Under the pieces are notes generated by a model that saw nothing but the letters and a program-made list of their open reading frames with translations, ran no database searches and had not been told where the DNA came from. A DNA stretch of 63,488 nt, the filler included, from Octopus bimaculoides (lineage: Eukaryota): assembly GCF_001194135.2 (NCBI RefSeq). It is 5 parts of 5 records of this genome, joined end to end, with 100 filler letters (N's around TTAATTAATTAA, not from the genome) between each part and the next. Parts side by side here need not be neighbours in the genome. Positions count along the whole stretch, not along the records: positions 50,577 to 61,109 come from NC_068985.1; positions 61,210 to 63,488 come from NW_026388077.1; 3 more parts are not named here. The stretch is one strand, 5' to 3'. Both the position numbers and the translations under genes were made by a program. The first letter of the stretch is position 1. Each line of letters opens with the position of its first letter. Positions 60,396-63,488 of this stretch are shown here, one piece after another.

Positions 60396-60823
60396 GACTC
60401 GTGCAAAATATAAGAACCAATATAACGTCAGATTACGGTATTCCGCCTTGAAAAAGTAAGAATGCTTTGGATAATGTTGCTGTTGATATACAAAATACAA
60501 GAGAAGTGCTGCTGGAATGCTAGCTTTTGACAATAAGTCGTTTGTATCAGATTTGATCTGAAATTAAACAAGAAAGCATCGCATTCAAAGTATGAGAATG
60601 GGAAAATGTTGAAATGTTAAAGTACTTAGGAATGATGTTGTTTGAGAGCAAAAATAGAATAGGATAGATAAAATAATGTTGCAATACAGTAATACGTCAA
60701 TTCATTAATGAAAGTGGATTAAACACGAAAACGATCTGTTCTTCAATATAAAATGTTTGACAGAAAAGCTGTTTACAGACTAACATGTATGTATGTCTGT
60801 ATGTCTGTCTGTCTGTCTGTCTG

Positions 60824-60855
<32 letters not shown>

Positions 60856-60900
60856 CACACATACATATACATACATGTGTGTGTACATATATATATATTA

Positions 60901-60982
<82 letters not shown>

Positions 60983-61209
60983 ATACACACAGAAATATAT
61001 ATATATATATGTGTGTGTGTGTGTATAATATACATGAAGAGAAATAAATACACACACACACGCATACACGCACACACACACACATATATATATCCATATA
61101 GGTATATATNNNNNNNNNNNNNNNNNNNNNNNNNNNNNNNNNNNNNNNNNNNNTTAATTAATTAANNNNNNNNNNNNNNNNNNNNNNNNNNNNNNNNNNN
61201 NNNNNNNNN

Positions 61210-61365
61210 ACCACCACTACCACCACCACCACCACCACCACTACTACTACTACTACTAATTATAATAATAATAATAATGAGGCGGAGGGAGAGGATCATG
61301 ATGATAAAAATAATAATAGTAATGATAGTGACAACAACAACAACAACAACAACAACAACAGCCAT
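61210..61365. repeat. Mixed trinucleotide array (CCA/CTA/TAA/CAA)
   Basis: Directly visible. Confidence 0.9.
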
Positions 61366-61671
61366 GACAATAAGTACGATAAGAATAAGAAGCGTCAGAC
61401 AATAAGATACCATAATGTTGAGGAACGGAAATAGAAAGAAATTAAGTTGGCATCAACTAAAAACTTTGCTGTTTTATTTCGGACAAATAAAGAAGAAGAA
61501 GAAAAAAGAAGGAAAGAAAGAAATAAACAAGACAAGAGGACGAAATAGAAATGCAACAAAAACCATAAGAAAGAACTAAAAGCTCCCATGATCAAAAGGT
61601 AATCTAGCTTGTATATATATTTATATATTTGTATATATAAATATATATAGCAGAGTAGCCGTATACACAAG

Positions 61672-61703
<32 letters not shown>

Positions 61704-62470
61704 NNNNNNNNNNNNNNNNNNNNNNNNNNNNNNNNNNNNNNNNNNNNNNNNNNNNNNNNNNNNNNNNNNNNNNNNNNNNNNNNNNNNNNNNNNNNNNNNN
61801 NNNNNNNNNNNNNNNNNNNNNNNNNNNNNNNNNNNNNNNNNNNNNNNNNNNNNNNNNNNNNNNNNNNNNNNNNNNNNNNNNNNNNNNNNNNNNNNNNNNN
61901 NNNNNNNNNNNNNNNNNNNNNNNNNNNNNNNNNNNNNNNNNNNNNNNNNNNNNNNNNNNNNNNNNNNNNNNNNNNNNNNNNNNNNNNNNNNNNNNNNNNN
62001 NNNNNNNNNNNNNNNNNNNNNNNNNNNNNNNNNNNNNNNNNNNNNNNNNNNNNNNNNNNNNNNNNNNNNNNNNNNNNNNNNNNNNNNNNNNNNNNNNNNN
62101 NNNNNNNNNNNNNNNNNNNNNNNNNNNNNNNNNNNNNNNNNNNNNNNNNNNNNNNNNNNNNNNNNNNNNNNNNNNNNNNNNNNNNNNNNNNNNNNNNNNN
62201 NNNNNNNNNNNNNNNNNNNNNNNNNNNNNNNNNNNNNNNNNNNNNNNNNNNNNNNNNNNNNNNNNNNNNNNNNNNNNNNNNNNNNNNNNNNNNNNNNNNN
62301 NNNNNNNNNNNNNNNNNNNNNNNNNNNNNNNNNNNNNNNNNNNNNNNNNNNNNNNNNNNNNNNNNNNNNNNNNNNNNNNNNNNNNNNNNNNNNNNNNNNN
62401 NNNNNNNNNNNNNNNNNNNNNNNNNNNNNNNNNNNNNNNNNNNNNNNNNNNNNNNNNNNNNNNNNNNNNN

Positions 62471-62585
62471 CGGAATAGCCTGCTCGTGAAATTAATGTGA
62501 AAGTGGCTGAGCACTCCACAGACATGTGTATCCTTAACGTAGTTCTCGGGGAAATTCAGCCTGACACAGAGTGTGACAAGACTGG
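62471..62585 (-). mobile_element. SINE-D/C tail fragment
   Basis: gcctgctcgtgaaattaa..gtggctgagcactccacagac..cttaacgtagttctc. Confidence 0.85.
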
Positions 62586-63013
62586 AAGAGCCGATATCGG
62601 CGGCGGAGGTACCAACCGAACCCGAGGCCCCTCCGGTGGGAAATGTGCCACCGAAGAGGAAGTCTCTGTCAGCGGGAATTGTGCCGATGACAGAGTGGTG
62701 TAACTTCCCTCCCAGTGAGGATCCTGATTTTTATGTTATCCTGCACCATGAGGGAGGGACTGTGAATGAGTTCTTGGACCGCGAGTGCGGCCAAGATAGG
62801 AACTACTCGGAGCGTGCGAGTTGTTCCACATGGCCTCCGCAGGTGGCTGCGGATGTTATAACAGACAACATGATGACAAAAGTCATAGAAGAATGTAACC
62901 AGAAAGATTTATTCTACCTCGCCGCAAATTCAAGCCTAACAATAGACACTTGTTTGTCAGGGGCAGCATATCCGCTTGCGGAGGAGTGGAGTGATGAAAA
63001 TTGTAAATTTTAA
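62586..63013 (+). CDS. Orphan ORF fragment (about 142 codons), likely the C-terminus of a TE- or virus-derived protein; product unknown
   Basis: Stop-free, non-repetitive, visibly GC-richer than its flanks, with normal amino-acid complexity; ends at TAA 63011-63013 before an AT-rich tract; 5' side abuts a SINE tail. Confidence 0.45.
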
Positions 63014-63284
63014 ATATATTGAAATTGTGTAAAAATTGTAATATTGATAGTGTAAGAGGTTTTCAACCTCATAAGTGTTTTTTAAAGGAAAAAAAGAAAG
63101 AAAAAGAACAATGTTTTCGAGGGGTTATCAGTCGGCGGGAGCTGGTGCCTCTCTCATTATTTCTTTCATCCTTATCACCCTCATCTCATTAATGTCCATG
63201 TCCAGCCTGCAGCTACTTTATGTCTGTCTGTCTTTGTTTGTCCCCTCTATGTAACGCCGTTAATGGCGAATTTATTGAAATAAA

Positions 63285-63425
63285 ATAGCTTGCTTACCAA
63301 CCACATGCTTCCGGGTTCAGTCTTACTGCGTGGCACCTTGGGCAAGTGTCTTCTACTATAATCTCGGGCCGACCAAAGCATTGTGAGTGGATTTGATAGA
63401 CGCAAACTGAAAGAAGCCTATCGTA
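63285..63425 (+). mobile_element. SINE-A 5' half
   Basis: agcttgcttaccaaccacatgcttccgggttcagtc..gtggcaccttgggcaagtgtcttctactata..gaaagaagcc. Confidence 0.9.
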
Positions 63426-63488
63426 TATATATATATAATCAGCAGGAATTGGACTCAGTTTACAGATGGGCTGAGGACAATAATATGC

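Overview
AT-rich, gap-ridden (long N runs), microsatellite-dense eukaryotic genomic DNA. The repeat families and the 100-bp N44-TTAATTAATTAA-N44 scaffold spacers are most consistent with a draft octopus (coleoid cephalopod) assembly; this is an inference I cannot verify here. I found no host gene exon, rRNA, true tRNA or CRISPR that I can support. Almost all ORFs in the supplied track are microsatellite or N-run artefacts. The interpretable content is mobile DNA. It includes four tRNA-derived SINE families (labelled A-D here), three DD34D-type mariner remnants plus an N-terminal fragment of a fourth, a DD37D (maT) element, and Helitron termini plus a PIF1 helicase fragment. It also includes RTE, CR1-like and gypsy fragments, a CRE-clade element, and several R4/Dong (restriction-like endonuclease) retrotransposons tied to (TAA)n and (TACA)n arrays. 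The most unusual signals are: (1) a young Merlin-like non-autonomous transposon family with GG termini and exact 8-bp TSDs. It carries (CCCTAA)n...(TTAGGG)n telomeric arrays inside nested inverted repeats, and two of its three TSD-bounded copies sit at nearly the same site in SINE-A. (2) Six or seven minimal type I hammerhead-ribozyme motifs, probably Penelope or retrozyme-derived, one just upstream of an R4/Dong copy. (3) An R4/Dong family ending in (TACA)n. (4) A stop-free, GC-rich orphan ORF near the right end. Coordinates of degenerate repeats are approximate (about +/-10-30 bp).
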